Source: Obrimoposthia wandeli
Taxonomy: Eukaryota
Assembly: GCA_977020255.1 (NCBI GenBank)
Contig: CDROCS010000412.1
Location: 1 to 64,000 of the forward strand
DNA length: 64,000 bases
Direction: 5' to 3'
This document shows positions 63,541-64,000 of the stretch, piece by piece. Position 1 is the first letter of the stretch. Each line of letters starts with the position of its first letter. The translations under genes were made by a program, and so were the position numbers. The notes under the pieces are model-generated. The model did no database searches. It had not been told where the DNA came from and worked only from the letters and a program-made list of their open reading frames with translations.

Positions 63541-64000
63541 ATGTATTAAAATAATTTCTTCTGCAAATCGCTTCATGATGTCAGACTTGTCTTAAGAGTA
63601 AATTTATAGATTATTCATTAGAGATATAATTCGAAATAACATTATAGCATGCATTTTAAAAATTACGTTCCATCATTGTTAAAGTTCTTTTTCTATATTA
63701 AGATTTTACTCCCTTCTCAGAAAATAAACTATAATAATAAATCTGAAAAATGTTTTTTATATAACTCATAATATGTACCGGACCATATAATTACGAACAT
63801 CAACAGATAATTGCTCGAATCTAACATATATGTTGTGACTTAATTTCGAATAGTAAAATCAAATAAAAATTAAGTTAATTAAATAAAATTGGATAAATAG
63901 TGGTAGAAATTATGATGTGTGTGATGATAAATTTAATCCTTAAAAAAAGGAAACAAGAATATGATTTGCTGTAATGCTTAATTAGGATTATTAATATCGA

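Overview
Very AT-rich eukaryotic DNA with 36-53 nt spliceosomal introns, made up almost entirely of mobile or virus-derived sequence. One host gene fragment is visible: three MFS-transporter exons at 27.5 kb. Two systems dominate. (1) A complete, young 14.4-kb Ty3/gypsy LTR element (10430-24875, ~955-bp LTRs, GATT target duplication). Its order is gag - class III-type envelope glycoprotein - PR/RT/RNaseH/IN - second FN3-like membrane protein - coiled-coil ORF - REX4/ISG20-like DEDDh exonuclease. Frame analysis suggests gag, env and pol were one polyprotein. (2) A minus-strand viral-type region at about 31-60 kb. It holds an intron-split, 5'-truncated protein-primed-type family B DNA polymerase and a circovirus-like HUH/SF3 Rep gene whose HUH motif II (HHLQ|GF) is cut by a 53-nt GT-AG intron. 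The Rep is followed by a 15-copy, ~1.52-kb head-to-tail array that amplifies everything after the nicking domain. Also present: a TBP-like pseudogene, a decayed tyrosine-recombinase-like element, a solo LTR, transposase remnants, and an Illumina adapter fragment inside the array (assembly artefact). All family assignments come from motifs recognised by eye; no searches were run.
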